From NCBI GenBank assembly GCA_951406725.2, contig OX597821.1, positions 10,540,001-10,604,000 of the forward strand: a DNA stretch of 64,000 nt, written 5' to 3'. The notes under the pieces are model-generated. The model had not been told where the DNA came from and ran no database searches. It saw only the letters and a program-made list of their open reading frames with translations. Every line of letters begins with the position of its first letter. Position 1 is the stretch's first letter. Made by a program: the position numbers and the translations under genes. Shown here piece by piece: positions 1 through 13,874 of the stretch. The stretch comes from Octopus vulgaris. Lineage: Eukaryota.

Positions 1-2325
1 TGAAAGACCCGAAAAAACACCACATTGGATGGCAAATGGTATTACGTACCTCCTCCCCAAAAATAACAAAACGAAAGATCCAAAAAACTAACGGCCTATA
101 ACATGTTTATCTACTACCTATAAGATCTTGACATCTATTCTGGTAGAGAAAACATATACGTTTATGGAAGAGAATAACCTCTTTCCCACTGAACAAAAAG
201 GATGCAGACGAGGCTCATACGGATGCAAAGATCAGATCCTAATTAATCGCATGATCCTTGAGAACTGGCATAACAAGCGCAGAAATCTCAGCTCTTCATG
301 GATTTATTATAAGAAAGCCTTTGACAGCATACCACATTCGTGGATTTTGAAATCACTGGACATTTTCAAAATTTCTCCTGTGATTTCAGATTTTTTAAAG
401 TATAATATGTCACTATGGAACACGAAGCTCCAATTATATCATTCTAATGGAGTATTGCACTCAAACAACATTAGCATAAACTGTGGAATTTTCCAAGGTG
501 ACTCACTTTCACCACTAATATTCTGCATAGCACTAATACCACTCTCAAGTGAACTGAATAGAATATGGCTACAAATTTGACAACAGGAAAATAAGCCATC
601 TATTTTATATGGATGACTTAAAGCTATATGGCAAAGATGATGAAGAGCTTGAAGGATTATTACACACAGTGAAAGGATTCAGTGATGATATCGGGATGGA
701 GTTTGACCTTGAAAAGTGTGCCAAGGCCACTTTTAACAAAGGGAAATTGGTAAAGTCTAGTTCAATCGAATTAGATGTCGAAATAGTAATAAAGGAACTT
801 GAGCAGGAACAAACCTATAAATACCTAGGAATAAATGAAGGCTCTGGTATCCAGCATGCAAGCATGAAAGAGAAGGTTGGTAAAGAATGTTATAGAAGAG
901 GCCGAGCAGTCCTGAAGTCTGAGCTGAATGCATATAATAAGGTTTTAGCCATAAATTCCTTACCAGCACCAGTTGTTCTTTATAGCTTCAATGTGCTTAA
1001 CTGGAATAATAGTGAAAAAATGAAAATTAACAGAAAATTCGCAAGCTACTGACTTGTAATAAGGTGCACCATCCAAAGGCAGACGTGGATCGCCATTACC
1101 TTCCCAGAGGTCAGGAAGGTAGAGGTTTGATCCAGCTTGAACTTACATATAAAACCACCACAATCGGACTGACCAAATACCTTGAAGCAACCAACGATTG
1201 GATGCTAAAACTTGTTGAAAAAACATGAAAGACCTACAAAACTTCACTCTATTCTCAAAGAGAGCAAACAAATCGCTGCTGATCTTAGGTACCCACCAGA
1301 TTGAGCAGGCTGAAGGAAATGCGTCAACTGCAGCTGCAAAGAAAATAAAATTAATTGCAAAGACAAAAGCATATGAAAATTTAGCAAGCAGATGGGAACA
1401 GAAACCTCTCCATGGCAAGTATGTGGCCCGTAGCAAACAAGCTGATGTCGACCAGAAACACACACACCAATGGTTACGAAGCTCAGGGCTAAAAGCAGAG
1501 AGTGAAGGTTTCATATTAGCTGCTCAAGACAAAAGCTTATTAACCCAGAACTACCAAGCCAATGTGATGAAAAATGGAGCTGACCCTAATGCCGATTCTG
1601 TAACAATGAGACTGAAAAAATAGACCACCTAATCTCAGGGTGTAGAGTCTTAGTACCTGCAGAATATAAAGAAAGGCATGACAGAGTCGGCAAGTATTTA
1701 CATTGGACAATATGTCGGCATTATAAAATCAAAACCGCTGACAAATGGTATAAACATCATCCTGAAGCTGTGACTGAGGGGGAAAATGAGTCGATTCTAT
1801 GGGACTTTCCCGTGCAGACCGACAGGACTGTAAAAACTAATAAACCGGATATTATTATAAAAGATCAGCCAAAAAGGATGTGTTTATTAATTGACATGAG
1901 TATTCCCTGTGATCACAATATAGCGGCGAAAGAATTTGACAAGATTAGTAAATATAAAGACCTGCTAATAGAAATTGAAAAAATGTGGCATCTCAAGGCG
2001 ACTACAGTACCAGTGATTGTAGGATCTCTAGGAATGATAAAAAAAGATTACTGAAACCTATTTGAAAATGATTCCAGGCTTACCATCCTTACAGGAAGTG
2101 CAAAAAATCGTGTTAACTGGAACGGCTGATGTACTGAGAAGAGCACTATCGCTATGAAAATAGCATCCATCCATGAATTTATTTATTTATTAATTTTTAA
2201 ATACATATTTTATCTCTGAATTTGCGCGTGTAATCTGGGAATGCATGCAATGCCCTTCTCTGCCCGGATGTATGGAAAACACTCTGCGAGAAACGGAAGA
2301 AAATTTGAAGAAAGAAAGAAAAAAC

Positions 2326-2392
<67 letters not shown>
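1..2392 (+). mobile_element. R4/Dong-clade non-LTR retrotransposon (RT + CCHC + restriction-like endonuclease), frameshifted, 5' end outside the window, (TAA)n tail
   Basis: ORFs 128-580 (KAFDS, GIFQGDSLSP), 609-1052 (YMDDLKLY, YKYLG), 1225-1623 (LHGKY, GLKAESEGFILAAQD) and 1770-2054 (ILWDF, KPDII, IDMSIP, KYKDL). Broken by stops/frameshifts; (TAA)n tail about 2327-2392. Confidence 0.93.
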
Positions 2393-2393
<1 letters not shown>

Positions 2394-2505
2394 TCTTTAT
2401 TGTACACTAGGGGCTAAACATAGAAGGGACAAACAAAGACAAAGAGATTAAACAACATCGAAAAATACCTTAGAAATGAGAAACCAGATACGAAATTTCC
2501 ACAAA

Positions 2506-2549
2506 ACACATGAAGAAGGCTGGAAGGTATATGAGCCAAAACGTTGTGT
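2506..2549 (+). ncRNA. Degenerate type I hammerhead motif (Penelope-like repeat relic)
   Basis: ACAC-aTGAAGA-A-GGCT..AGCC-aAAA-CGTT-GTGT: stems I and II pair, but core C3 and G12 are mutated. Confidence 0.5.
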
Positions 2550-2879
2550 CAACAACAAACAAGATGAGGACAAATATCCATCGAATGCAACTAATGTAAA
2601 TAATGTGCAATAGAATTTAACAGTAAATAGAAGAGGAAAATGTTTTGTAATAAATAAAAGTTTGGTCTCACACATTCACTGCAACTCCAGTAAATAACAA
2701 GGAAGGTGAGGGAAGTGTTTAGGAATTCTGAAATGAAGGTAAATAAATACGCAAGATGTAATAACCGATGTAATGGTAATAGTAAACGAAAAATAAATAA
2801 TGCAAAAGTATGTATGAATTAATGAACAGCTCCACCATGGTATGTAAATATAGGTATATAAATTATTATATCATAAATA

Positions 2880-3229
2880 AAGGGGTAAAAGGGTAAAGAC
2901 CCCCTTCGGTCATGAATGACCATGGGATTGCACCTAGAAAGTTACCCTCCTAGACACAAGTCCGGGCAAGGTTGTTTATGGAAGACCAGCAGTCGCCCAT
3001 GCATACCGGCCTCCCCTCTCCACGCCACCAGTGTTTTATTCAAGGGAAAGACAAAGGTCGATACAGCTTGGCACCAGTGACGTCGCAACTCATTTCTACA
3101 GCTGAGTGAACAGGAGCAACGTGAAATAAAGTGCCTTGCTCAAGAACACAACACGCAGCCCGGTCCGGGATTCGAGCTCACAACCTCACGATCGTAAGCT
3201 CGACGCTCTAACCACTGAGCCATGCGCCT
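2880..3229 (-). mobile_element. tRNA-derived SINE with CORE-like central domain, full length
   Basis: Minus-strand head GGCGCATGGCTCAGTGGTTAGAGCG...CTCGAATCCC (A/B boxes), then TCTTGAGCAAGGCACTTT; 11-bp TSD TATCATAAATA at 2869-2879 and 3230-3240. Confidence 0.9.
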
Positions 3230-4562
3230 TATCATAAATATCATAAATATATAAGAAGAAATACACGAAAACAATTGGTGTGAAATTAGGCGCCTGTTGA
3301 TTAAAAATGTTACATGAATGGAGTAAATACAAGAATTGATGAAAGATAGTGCGAAGATAAAGTTTACTAGATTTAAGATGCGGGTATATTATGATAGTAT
3401 ATTTGGGAAGGGCGAGTTATTAGTCTGGTACAGATGCCTAGAATCGGTCTAATATTTTAAGGTTCGTTGTCTGACGTGTATATTATATGCATGAAGTATG
3501 ATGTATAAAATTGCAGGGAAACTGTTGATAGTGATTCGAATGAATAAAAGGCTTTTAATATAATTAATATTCGATGTTAGTGCATTTCATTTGAGAGAGT
3601 AAAATATCAAAATACTATATTGGCCTGACTCGAGGTGACGTTAGACTATATACAGGTAGGTGGGGTTTAACATATGAGATAGGGATTCATTTACATTTTT
3701 AATCTTATGGGAATCGGAATCACCAAGAAGTTTATTTTTATGCAACCTAAAATCTCAACGTTATGTTAGATCTTAGGTTTACTCATGGTAAACGAAATAA
3801 AATGCTACATTACATAACAAACATTTCTACTTTCAATAAATCTTTAATATATCTTTACAATAAAATTTTATTCTTCCAAAGGACAAATACTTGAGACTCG
3901 TTTCTGCATTTCAAATAAGTTCTCTCTGCAAATATATCCAAAGGAAAGACAAGTCATGCATTAAAAGCAACTCTCGATTTTTACACGTGGAAGAAAAAAA
4001 ATGTTTTATTGTATAGTCGAGCGTTTAGTATCACAGTCAATAATCATACAGGTGTCGAATGTGTTAATGCAATTACCATGAACAAATTTGTAATATACGG
4101 TCGAAGAATCTGGTGAAAGAAAGATTGACAAAGATATACAGCATGAACGTTCCAAAGAAATGTTAACTGAGACTACAGAGTAGCGCGAACATTCGGAATT
4201 GCCCGTATACTCAAGGATGGGAAAATGACGAGCAGCAGAGTATTTGTGTACATAACGATGAAAGAGTGAAACCAGGTACGTCTTGTGTTTGCAAAATACT
4301 TGTCTATATAAATTCGATAGTCTTCTTCAACACCAAAGAAATATTACGAAAAGTTCGACCCCAAAGAATATTCAAGACGGAGGAAATTCTGTGAAATATA
4401 GATCACCAATATCTAACGAAAAGTAATCTCCGCTAAACCGGCTTTGAAGAAGTATTCAGAAAGCTATTATTAAGGGGAAAACAAAAGAAATTCCAATGCC
4501 ACTAACAAACTGGGACCCAAGTCGGGGTAACCGACAAAATTCCAGGCATTTTTGTTTATGTG

Positions 4563-4593
<31 letters not shown>

Positions 4594-5253
4594 ACGTATA
4601 TGTATGTATGCATGTACATCTATGTATGCATGTATATACATATGAGTCATGTGGTGAGAAGGAGAGAGAGGAGGCGGAATGGAAGTTTGTAGGTATTTTG
4701 GTAGAGAAACATTTTTCACTCCAATTTATTATCTACTATCACGTTAGCTGCATCTCCTTCATTACACTTCAGCAGAAATACTAGTAGATATGTTGTTTTT
4801 TTTTTGTTTATATTGTAAAGCCCCAAATCAAGGAAGACGTTAGAGCTATCCTTTATCAAAAGTGATGGCTGAATATATCTCAGAGAGCAATAATTGAACG
4901 GCGGGTTATTGTCTTTGTTTTTACTTTACGCTGTCTAGGGTAATGTGGAATGCACACGGACTACTATACTACTAAGCTTGAACGAATTGATTGAAGTCTA
5001 TAAACTTTGAAAGTTAAGAAAATTATATTTAAAGTGGTTAATTTCAGAAAGTTGAAGATTTATAATGAATTGACGGAGTTATGTGATTAGTGCAAGAACT
5101 TGGAAATTGTGTAAAATACGGATGAAGAAAAGAAGAGGGATGAGGGGAAATCTGCATGAGCACAGCCCTATCCAAGAATCAAAAGTCATCATATTTGCTG
5201 CTTTGAATGAAACAATGAAACCCCCAGGTTTTAGACGCATGCTTTGCTAATAG

Positions 5254-5335
<82 letters not shown>

Positions 5336-6216
5336 TGAGTCTAATACAGTGGTGTAAAATTGCATACACTCTCCGTTGTAGGCCATGTTAGTAGCCATAT
5401 TATTGCATTTTTGTGAGGAATTCAAAATCGTCGGGTCGTTAGTAAACTATACCTCACAGTAAATAAATTCAAAGTATTCACCCTTGAAGTGTTTTTGTTA
5501 TATTTATATAGTTGTTTGGAACACGAAATGTTTTTAGGATTACGTCGAGTGATTGTCATACATTGAATAAGATTGTATCATGCTCCGTGTTTCTAGACTG
5601 ACATCTTATCTAAGTGATAAGTGATATTAAGTTTGGTGTTTCACTGAGGAAATATCATTTCCGAAATAATGTCATAATCATAAGCTAAAAGTTAAACAAT
5701 CACTAGCTTGCAACACTAACACAAACAGGCGCACACACTCTCTTCCTCACTATACTATATTTCTCCCCCCCCCCTCTCTCTCACTCTCTCCCTCTCTCTT
5801 TCAATAATACACCAGTTTTCCCTATTAATTATATCCCTTACCAATTTACCAAAGTGACGGATTTCTTTTCAGAATTAATGCATAATTGATATAAACATTT
5901 CTCGCTCCCTGACAAGTGATCAATTTGCATAAAGCATGTTTCATTTGTTGACCAGATCATATGAAGATTCAAATGTTTTGGAATGGTAGAAGTTGTACGT
6001 ATGGAAGTATTTGAAAACTTAACACTGCAGATAAGAATATAGTGTAGATGGCCATCCTTACATTCATAGTATGTTATTTGTAATTTCCCATTCAAAACAA
6101 AGCTAAAATATAAATGTTTACACTTATAACGAATAATTGAATGAATACGCTTTTGTCTTAAGACACGCACATACGCACAGGCATATGTACATGTATACTT
6201 ACATATACATAAATAT

Positions 6217-6239
6217 ATGACGTACGTATGCTTGTGTGT

Positions 6240-6330
<91 letters not shown>

Positions 6331-6525
6331 TATATATCTGTGTGTATATATATACAATCACATATACATATGAATATATATATATACATATATATATACA
6401 TATACATATATACATATATATACATATACATACATATACATATACATAAATATACATATACATATACATATATACATATATATACATACACACACAGACA
6501 CACACACACATATACATATATATGA

Positions 6526-6562
<37 letters not shown>
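6217..6562. repeat. Compound (TA)n/(TACA)n/(CA)n microsatellite, representative of dozens of such tracts in the window
   Basis: Directly visible; produces the spurious YIYI-type ORFs. Confidence 0.97.
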
Positions 6563-6564
<2 letters not shown>

Positions 6565-7984
6565 CCAGAGAGGGAGATATACATGTATAGATGTGTGTTT
6601 GTATGTAAAAGTATTAAAAGACACAGGAAGTCAGTCAGACCGTGATTGTGTGTATATGTGTCTACGCTTTTGTCTTTTTATAAAAGTTAAGTATATTGTT
6701 AGTTACAATAGAGCTGAATAGGTTTTGTTTAAAACTGTAAATATTTTGATAATGTAACTTCAATTAACACCAACAGTATGAGGATTTTTTTACTACGTAA
6801 ATCATATTGTTTTTCTTCTATTTTATTAGAATACAAAACAAAGTTGCCCTTCCTTCTTGAATTAATATATTGAACGTGTTTACACTTCCTCTAAGGAAGC
6901 AGTCATAGTATTTGATTTCTGATTCTCCATTGTGTTGTTTAATTGGAATTCAAACTATTAATATCGAACGTTTTGTCCATAATCATTTATGTGGAGTGAC
7001 TATTATATATAATAGTGATGTTAAATGATTTTTTCTTTCTTACATTTGCTTCTTTTTTTATTGATATTGTTAAAGATTACTCAAAACTATATTTTGGCGA
7101 ACGATATTAATCTGAAATCTGATAGTGACAAAATGATTAGGATTTTTGACTTTCGGTTATTCGTAATATATCTCTCTACAATTTATGATGGATTTTAAGT
7201 AGATCAAGCTAGATGGTATGTATTTGAAGGTGCAATGTTTTTTCCATGTAGATATATGTAGATATATTTACAATTGATATATAAATAAATAAATGTAGAA
7301 CATGCAGAATATAGTCTAATATGAAGCCCCTCAATCTTCTGCGAATGAGAAGTCAAAGCTTCTCGTATGACTAGTTACTCTTATTAAAATATAAGGCATT
7401 AGATAATATAGCGCTGGATATAGTCCTGAAAGGAGATTACAAGTCGGTAATTGCTCAAAGTAAATTGAGATCAAATCTCACCTCCGATGTTGCATGAGCA
7501 AAATTATACAATAAAGAATTACAGTTATTTTCATTTTATTTCATTAACAAAAATAAGCTGCTTTTACAATTAACTATCTCAGAAACTTTGCATTATCTCA
7601 TGTACTATAATTATATTATCCTTGTACATGTTAAATCCGCCGCTAGACAAAGGCCTCAGCACGACCTCTCCACCAACCATAGTCTGATATATATTCTCCT
7701 CCCGTGACCGAAGGCTGAACAGTTATCCACCTTACCCCAGAACAATTACAATAATAACGACAACCAATTACCTCCCCTTATTTATCTACTTGTGAAGTCA
7801 TTCACTCGGGAATTTCATCACACACAACATGGACAAAATTTCTTCTTAAGAAAAAAATACATGTTCAAACAAGGAAGACACAATATCATGAATAGCGACA
7901 GCGAAAGCGGTCGATATATTAAAAATTATATTAAAACTATGTAAGTGTGCCTATTTTCCTTTTTTAATTTATATATATAAACAT

Positions 7985-8392
7985 TAGCTTCAAGGTTCAT
8001 CCGAGACTTGGACCACGGGCTATACGTCCCCTGCCAAATTCAAGATCACAACATACATGTACACTGCAACATAATTTCTTTTCCTCAACAGGCCCTGCCC
8101 TATTTAACATTGTCCCGAGGGAGATCAAAGAGGAAAAGGATCCCATCAACTTCAAACAGAGTCTGGATAGATTCCTTCAAAGAATACCAGACAAGCCACC
8201 CATAATTGGATACAACTCACCCAACAAGAACTCACTACTTGAACAAAACTGGATACAACTCACCCAACAAGAACTCACTATTTGAACAAAACTTGACTTA
8301 AACAGGATTCGAATAATCCTATCAGGTGGTGCTATTAAGTTAGACATGGCCTGGACCAATCTCTGGTCGAAACATATCTAAGTTTTATCTAA

Positions 8393-8397
<5 letters not shown>
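7985..8397 (+). mobile_element. 3' end of a CR1/L2-group LINE
   Basis: Manual translation NFFSSTGPALFNIVPREIKEEKDPINFKQSLDRFLQRIPDKP resembles LINE ORF2 C-termini; internal ~43-bp tandem duplication near 8207-8292; short repeated tail TATCTAAGTTT. Confidence 0.6.
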
Positions 8398-8455
<58 letters not shown>

Positions 8456-8880
8456 GTGTGTGTATGTATGTATATGTATATGTATGTATGGTTTGATAGA
8501 TAGATATATATATGTATGCATGTATGAATGAATGGATAGATGAATATATGTGTGTCTGTATGAATATGTGTAAAGTTTTAAATATTTTTCTTGATACGTA
8601 TGTGTGTGTGTGCGTTTGTGTGTGTGTGTAAAGGAAATATCTTAAGGAAAACAATACCGATATCGCAGGTGGGATATACCTCAAGTTGCAATGATATCCT
8701 CCATCTACTGAAATAATATTCACCCCAATAACCCTTGTATTGCACATTGGATTGCTCATTTTTGGTCGAATTCAGGTTGGGTTAAACATTCCCTGATCGT
8801 TAAGGTTAACGAAATGTCTGCATATGTATATGTGTTTGCGAGTGCATCTGCCTCTGTATATAGGCATATATATTCAAATG

Positions 8881-8959
<79 letters not shown>

Positions 8960-8960
<1 letters not shown>

Positions 8961-9166
8961 ACTTGTTTCAGTCATTTGACTGCGGCCATGCTGGAGCACC
9001 GCCTTTAGAGTGGTGAAAGAGTACAGCAGGGATCACCACCATCCCCTGCCGGAGCTTTTAGGTGTTTTCGCTCAATAAACACACACAACACCCGGTCTGG
9101 GAATCGAAACCGCGATCCTCCGACCGCAAGTCCGCTGCCCTAACCACTGGGCCATTGCGCCTCTAC
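8960..9166 (-). mobile_element. Chimeric SINE fragments (head of the 36107 family joined to the tail of the 45731 family)
   Basis: 9008-9166 is the reverse complement of the start of the 36107 SINE; 8960-9007 matches about 45751-45798. Confidence 0.8.
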
Positions 9167-9213
9167 ATATATATATGAGACCAAAGTGTACGTACCCGGC
9201 CATATGTATATAA

Positions 9214-9563
9214 AAGGGAATACAAAAATGGGACAATAACGCAAAACATCCAGACAGTTAGATGTTGCAAAAAGAGGGACAAGAAGAAACAAGGACGGTT
9301 CACTCGGAACTATCTTTCTTCAGTCGAGTTGGCTCCATTTCTCCGTTTTTTGCGTCCTTGTTTTCGTATAAATTCGCTGCGTTCATGGAATCAGTGCACA
9401 TAGTTTAGATTTTCCTTCTCGAGTATAACGAGCCGAAATTGCAACATGGGACTTGAGTGAGGAAAGAAAACTCCGAATGACACGTCCTTGATTTTTCATC
9501 TCCTTTTTTTATCATCTAATTGTCTGGATGTTTTGCGTTCTTGTCTCATTTTTTTGTATTCCT
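9214..9563. mobile_element. Non-autonomous element with ~115-bp imperfect terminal inverted repeats carrying hammerhead core fragments, next to (TA)n
   Basis: GGAATACAAAAA..GACAA..AACGCAAAACATCCAGACA is inverted at both ends; a related half-copy lies at about 31022-31142. Confidence 0.75.
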
Positions 9564-9620
9564 TATATATATTTAAATATATATGTATGTATGATAGATA
9601 GATAAATAGATAGATGTAAG

Positions 9621-9675
<55 letters not shown>

Positions 9676-9744
9676 ATATATATATATATTCATACGTATA
9701 AATAAATGCATATATATACATATATATATATATACATATATATA

Positions 9745-9786
<42 letters not shown>

Positions 9787-9787
9787 C

Positions 9788-9835
<48 letters not shown>

Positions 9836-9860
9836 TTGTGTGTGATTGTGTATAGAAGAA

Positions 9861-10266
9861 TATATTAATAAAAGGAATTCCAACTTTGTTTTATTTACAA
9901 TCTTATAATGATATAATATAATATAATTTAATATAATATAATATAATAAAATAAAATAATAGAATGTTAAATATTCATTCTGATTGAACTAATACTTTCA
10001 TGCATTAAATTTTGCAATCTTCAGGTTCATGTAGTAGTTGAGACAGTCATGCTTCACAAAAATTGTGAAGCATGACTGTCACCACTACTACATATACCTG
10101 AAGATTGCAGATTTTAATGCATGAAAGTACTAGTTCAATCAGAATGAACATTTAACATTCTATTATTTTATTTTATTATATTATATTATATATTATATTA
10201 TATCATTATAAGATTGTAAATAAAACGTGAAAATCATACAAGGCTGGAATTCCTTTTATTAATATA
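9861..10266. mobile_element. ~400-bp fold-back palindrome with a type I hammerhead motif in each arm, between (TA)n tracts
   Basis: Arms mirror about 10061 (GACAGTCATGCTTCACAA-AAA-TTGTGAAGCATGACTGTC). Confidence 0.9.
9985..10029 (-). ncRNA. Minimal type I hammerhead ribozyme motif
   Basis: UGAAC-CUGAAGA-U-UGCA-AAAUUUAA-UGCA-U-GAAA-GUAU-UA-GUUCA, with a 5-bp stem I. The mirror copy at 10093-10137 (+) has a palindromic GUAC loop III and a weaker stem I. Confidence 0.7.
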
Positions 10267-10344
10267 CATATATATATACACATATATATATATACATATA
10301 TATACATATATATACATATATATGTATACATATATATATATATA

Positions 10345-10445
<101 letters not shown>

Positions 10446-11161
10446 ATAACAATTCAGACAAATATATGTTTTTAAATTTTTTATATTGATATAGCTACAG
10501 TACTAATGTAAATACCATTATAAATGTTTATTACTTTCATTTGAAACATAAATGCGGTTTGTGACAAAAGAAACTTTTAGAATGCTTATATCAACTAATA
10601 GTCTTTAAACTGTACAAATGTGTTGGTTTATTATTTGATGAAATTTCATTGAAAATACAGTTATGATATATCGATATATTATATTCCCCTTTGTGAAACA
10701 ATTTATATTCATGTGCATTATTCATCATTTCGGACCACTCGATAGCACGAACTTTGAATATTTATGCAAACATCACTAGATATGCATATATATGAATGTG
10801 TGTGTGTGTGCGATAGTGCGCGCGCACGAGCGCTTGTGTGTATATATATGCACACATACATATATATGCTGATCACATTTGTGCGCACGTAAATGCTCCC
10901 TTTCTGTTTTTAATTTTTGTCTGGTTCATTCGGACAAATATAAGATGTTCCATCGATGGAATATAGATAACAAAACTTCAGATGTTGTTGTTGTGGTAAG
11001 CCTTGCATATTTTTCACTGTTCCTCTCACAAATGTTATTGGTAATGTATGAGTTAAAATGAAATGTATTCTTACGCTATCTTACATGGCTCATAGGTCTT
11101 GTTCTGTCTACTCGGTATGATTATCAGTATCAGCCATTTTTGTACTACCAAATGGTGTAAA

Positions 11162-11218
<57 letters not shown>

Positions 11219-13579
11219 TATATCTAGTCTGAGTAATAGGGTCTTGGTAAGTAAAATGTGTCTTATTTTGTCTAAAGAAATAACCACATAAATATAAAAT
11301 ATATATAAAAAAATATAAATATAGAAGTAAACAATTTAAATGACCTTCTTTGCCTGCGTGTCCTAGGTTGAAGAAGGTGACACTTTATATAGTGGTGTGG
11401 TGAACATGCCAAATACAAAACTTTGACTGCGACCATGAAAATTGTTGACACTAACACGCTCATATTATGAATTTAAGATTTGGTTTCTTCTGACAAATAT
11501 TTCCTACAGCAAAATTCGTAAAAATTCATCTAACATTACCAAGTCAGCTAATTTCTAAATGTAGATATTACTGAAAAATTATAATCTGCCCTAAGGCTTG
11601 CTATTCAATTTTTTTTTCGGCAGTTTCAAAGACCACGAAATCTTAATAATACACAATTGAGTCCCACCACAAAAGTCGGAAATCATTGGCTCGTGTATTA
11701 TATACAGTAATATGCATACATGTTCCCTCAGACTATTCACCTTAATGAATATCCTGTTTTGCGCTTTTTACGAAAACACATAACTGTTGACTTACAAGAG
11801 ATTTTCAATATCATTGAATAATGCACACTTGAGAATCCTATCGAAGTATTTCGGCTTAAAACTCATTAGTGGTATATTATTGAGTTATAGTATCAGGCAC
11901 ATTTTTCTGGATGATTGTCATTTATTGTTTGACCTACTGTAATTTTACTTCTAGATACTATGTATTATATGTACAGTTTCGTTTTGAATTTGAATCCTAC
12001 TGTCGAAAATGACAATGGTAGTAAATACTGCGATTTAGCTTCGATATATAATTTGACTATTTCAAATTTGCTTCCGCTTGCCTTCAGCGAATCAGTAAAT
12101 GAATGTAAGTACCGTTACGATTTGTAAAGGAAAATTAGGTCTCTTGAGCCTGTTGATAAAATTTAGTTTTGCAGTCATGCTCGTAAGTAATATTTAGGCA
12201 TTGAAGAATAATTTCAGAAACAGTTTCGATTCCAGAAGTTTTAGATTAAGTTCTATACACACGATCGCAGGTAAAAAATTATTAGTTTAGTAATAAAAAT
12301 ATGGCTCACTAGAGGATGATACTTACTGATGTAACCAAAGGTTTCGGCGAGAAATGTAATTTACAAATAATTAACACTTCTTGCACAATTGAAATAAAAA
12401 TGTTCCATCGCAGATGCAAATAATGTTAAATTGTTAGGAAATTTACTACGATAAAAAGGACAACCTGTTTGTTGTACTATTATTTATTTCGTGTCACCTT
12501 GACAATACGTCAAATATTTCCAAGAATAAAATTATACGAGGACGTGTTGGCATGGATTGTATATTAGACATCGACAATTAAAATGCAGTCTACTGTTTTA
12601 CAATATATTACAATTTATTCTGGTAAATTTATACCCGTTATCTCACAGTGGGAAAATTTCTGTAATTGTCGAGTAGTGAGCACCTTATAATTTTTAGTCG
12701 TTTTATTTTCTTTCATAACAATATTAGTGAAGAACCCTTTTTTTTAAAGCTAATCAAGGATGAATAAATATTTATGGCATGAATTCTCAGTGTCTTTCAT
12801 GTTGAGTACATGCATATACGCATCATCTATCTGGCTCCCTGGTGCATTTACACATCTAGTTGTTTATAAACAAAATAATGATCCGTATCAGTTTGTTAAT
12901 TAGTTCCGCATCTACTGTAGACAATGTGGTTACGGGTTGTCCATACTTGGGAAAAATAAACAGGATGGTCCTGAACAAAGGCCTATTTGATCATAGGCCT
13001 CTGGTTAGTGAAGGTACACTCGGGGCTAAACAACAGTGACCTTTAGTCTGATGATAAACATTCAAGTGCAGTGAAATACTCAGTTTCTGCAAGAGCTTAT
13101 GTTAATGTTCGAAGTGTACGTTTCGCTGGATCGTAACTTCTAAATCATTTGAACAACATCTGGAAACTGTGTTCCATAATATTATAAGATGTGTCATGGT
13201 TGATGATTTCCAGGTCATGTTTTATTTCTAATTCCCTTCCTGCAAAAGATACAACAAAAAGAAATAATTGCAACAGCATTAACGATAATATAAAACCTGT
13301 GTACTGTAGGTTGTTGTAAATATGACACGGAAAATATGTGAATAGACCAATGAGAAATACTTAAGAAACTGGGACATTAGAATACATTGTTTTACATTTC
13401 TGAAGATATTGAGAAAAATAACAAGCAAGTTGAAATAAAGGCTCGAGATGGAGAAGTAATTTAAAAAAGAAATTAATTGAAAATTACAGGAGAAAATGTC
13501 TGGTGAACATTTGGCAGGAAAAGGTATGGGTAGCATTATATGACAGCGTAGAGAATCTACAAAGACTACCAACAGTTAA

Positions 13580-13800
13580 ATAATTTTATACATCTATCCA
13601 TTTTCTTGGCTCTCAATTCATAGAATCCTATCAGAAGCTACCTTCATCGAATTTCTGAAAGGATTTCCAAGCACGACTAGTTTCAAATTTTGGATATTAT
13701 CCAGTCATCTCAATCGTGGTGTACCTCTAGGTCTCCTGTAAGTTGGCCCAGCTTCAAGAAACCCTCTTGTGAGCCAAATTCGTCCATGAGTAACAAGAAC
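13580..13800 (-). mobile_element. Degenerate RTE-clade LINE 3' fragment
   Basis: Minus-strand reading includes RRPRGTPRLR.LDNIQ, resembling the RTE C-terminal RPRGRP..RW.D motif. Confidence 0.5.
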
Positions 13801-13874
13801 GTTTTAGAACACTGTATTTAACTGATAATGATTTTATTCGTTCTTCCGAAAGCTAGGCATTCCAAATGCAATCA

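Noticed and set aside
5838-6624. Long ORFs rich in YI/CV/HT dipeptides here and throughout the window
   Set aside because: They are translations of stop-free (TA)n/(CA)n microsatellites, not proteins.
8207-8292. Direct repeats suggestive of a CRISPR-like array
   Set aside because: Only two adjacent units with no spacers, inside a LINE remnant in eukaryotic DNA.
11272-11463. ORF resembling a signal peptide plus RQRR furin site
   Set aside because: No convincing splice donor, homology or following exon; compatible with chance.
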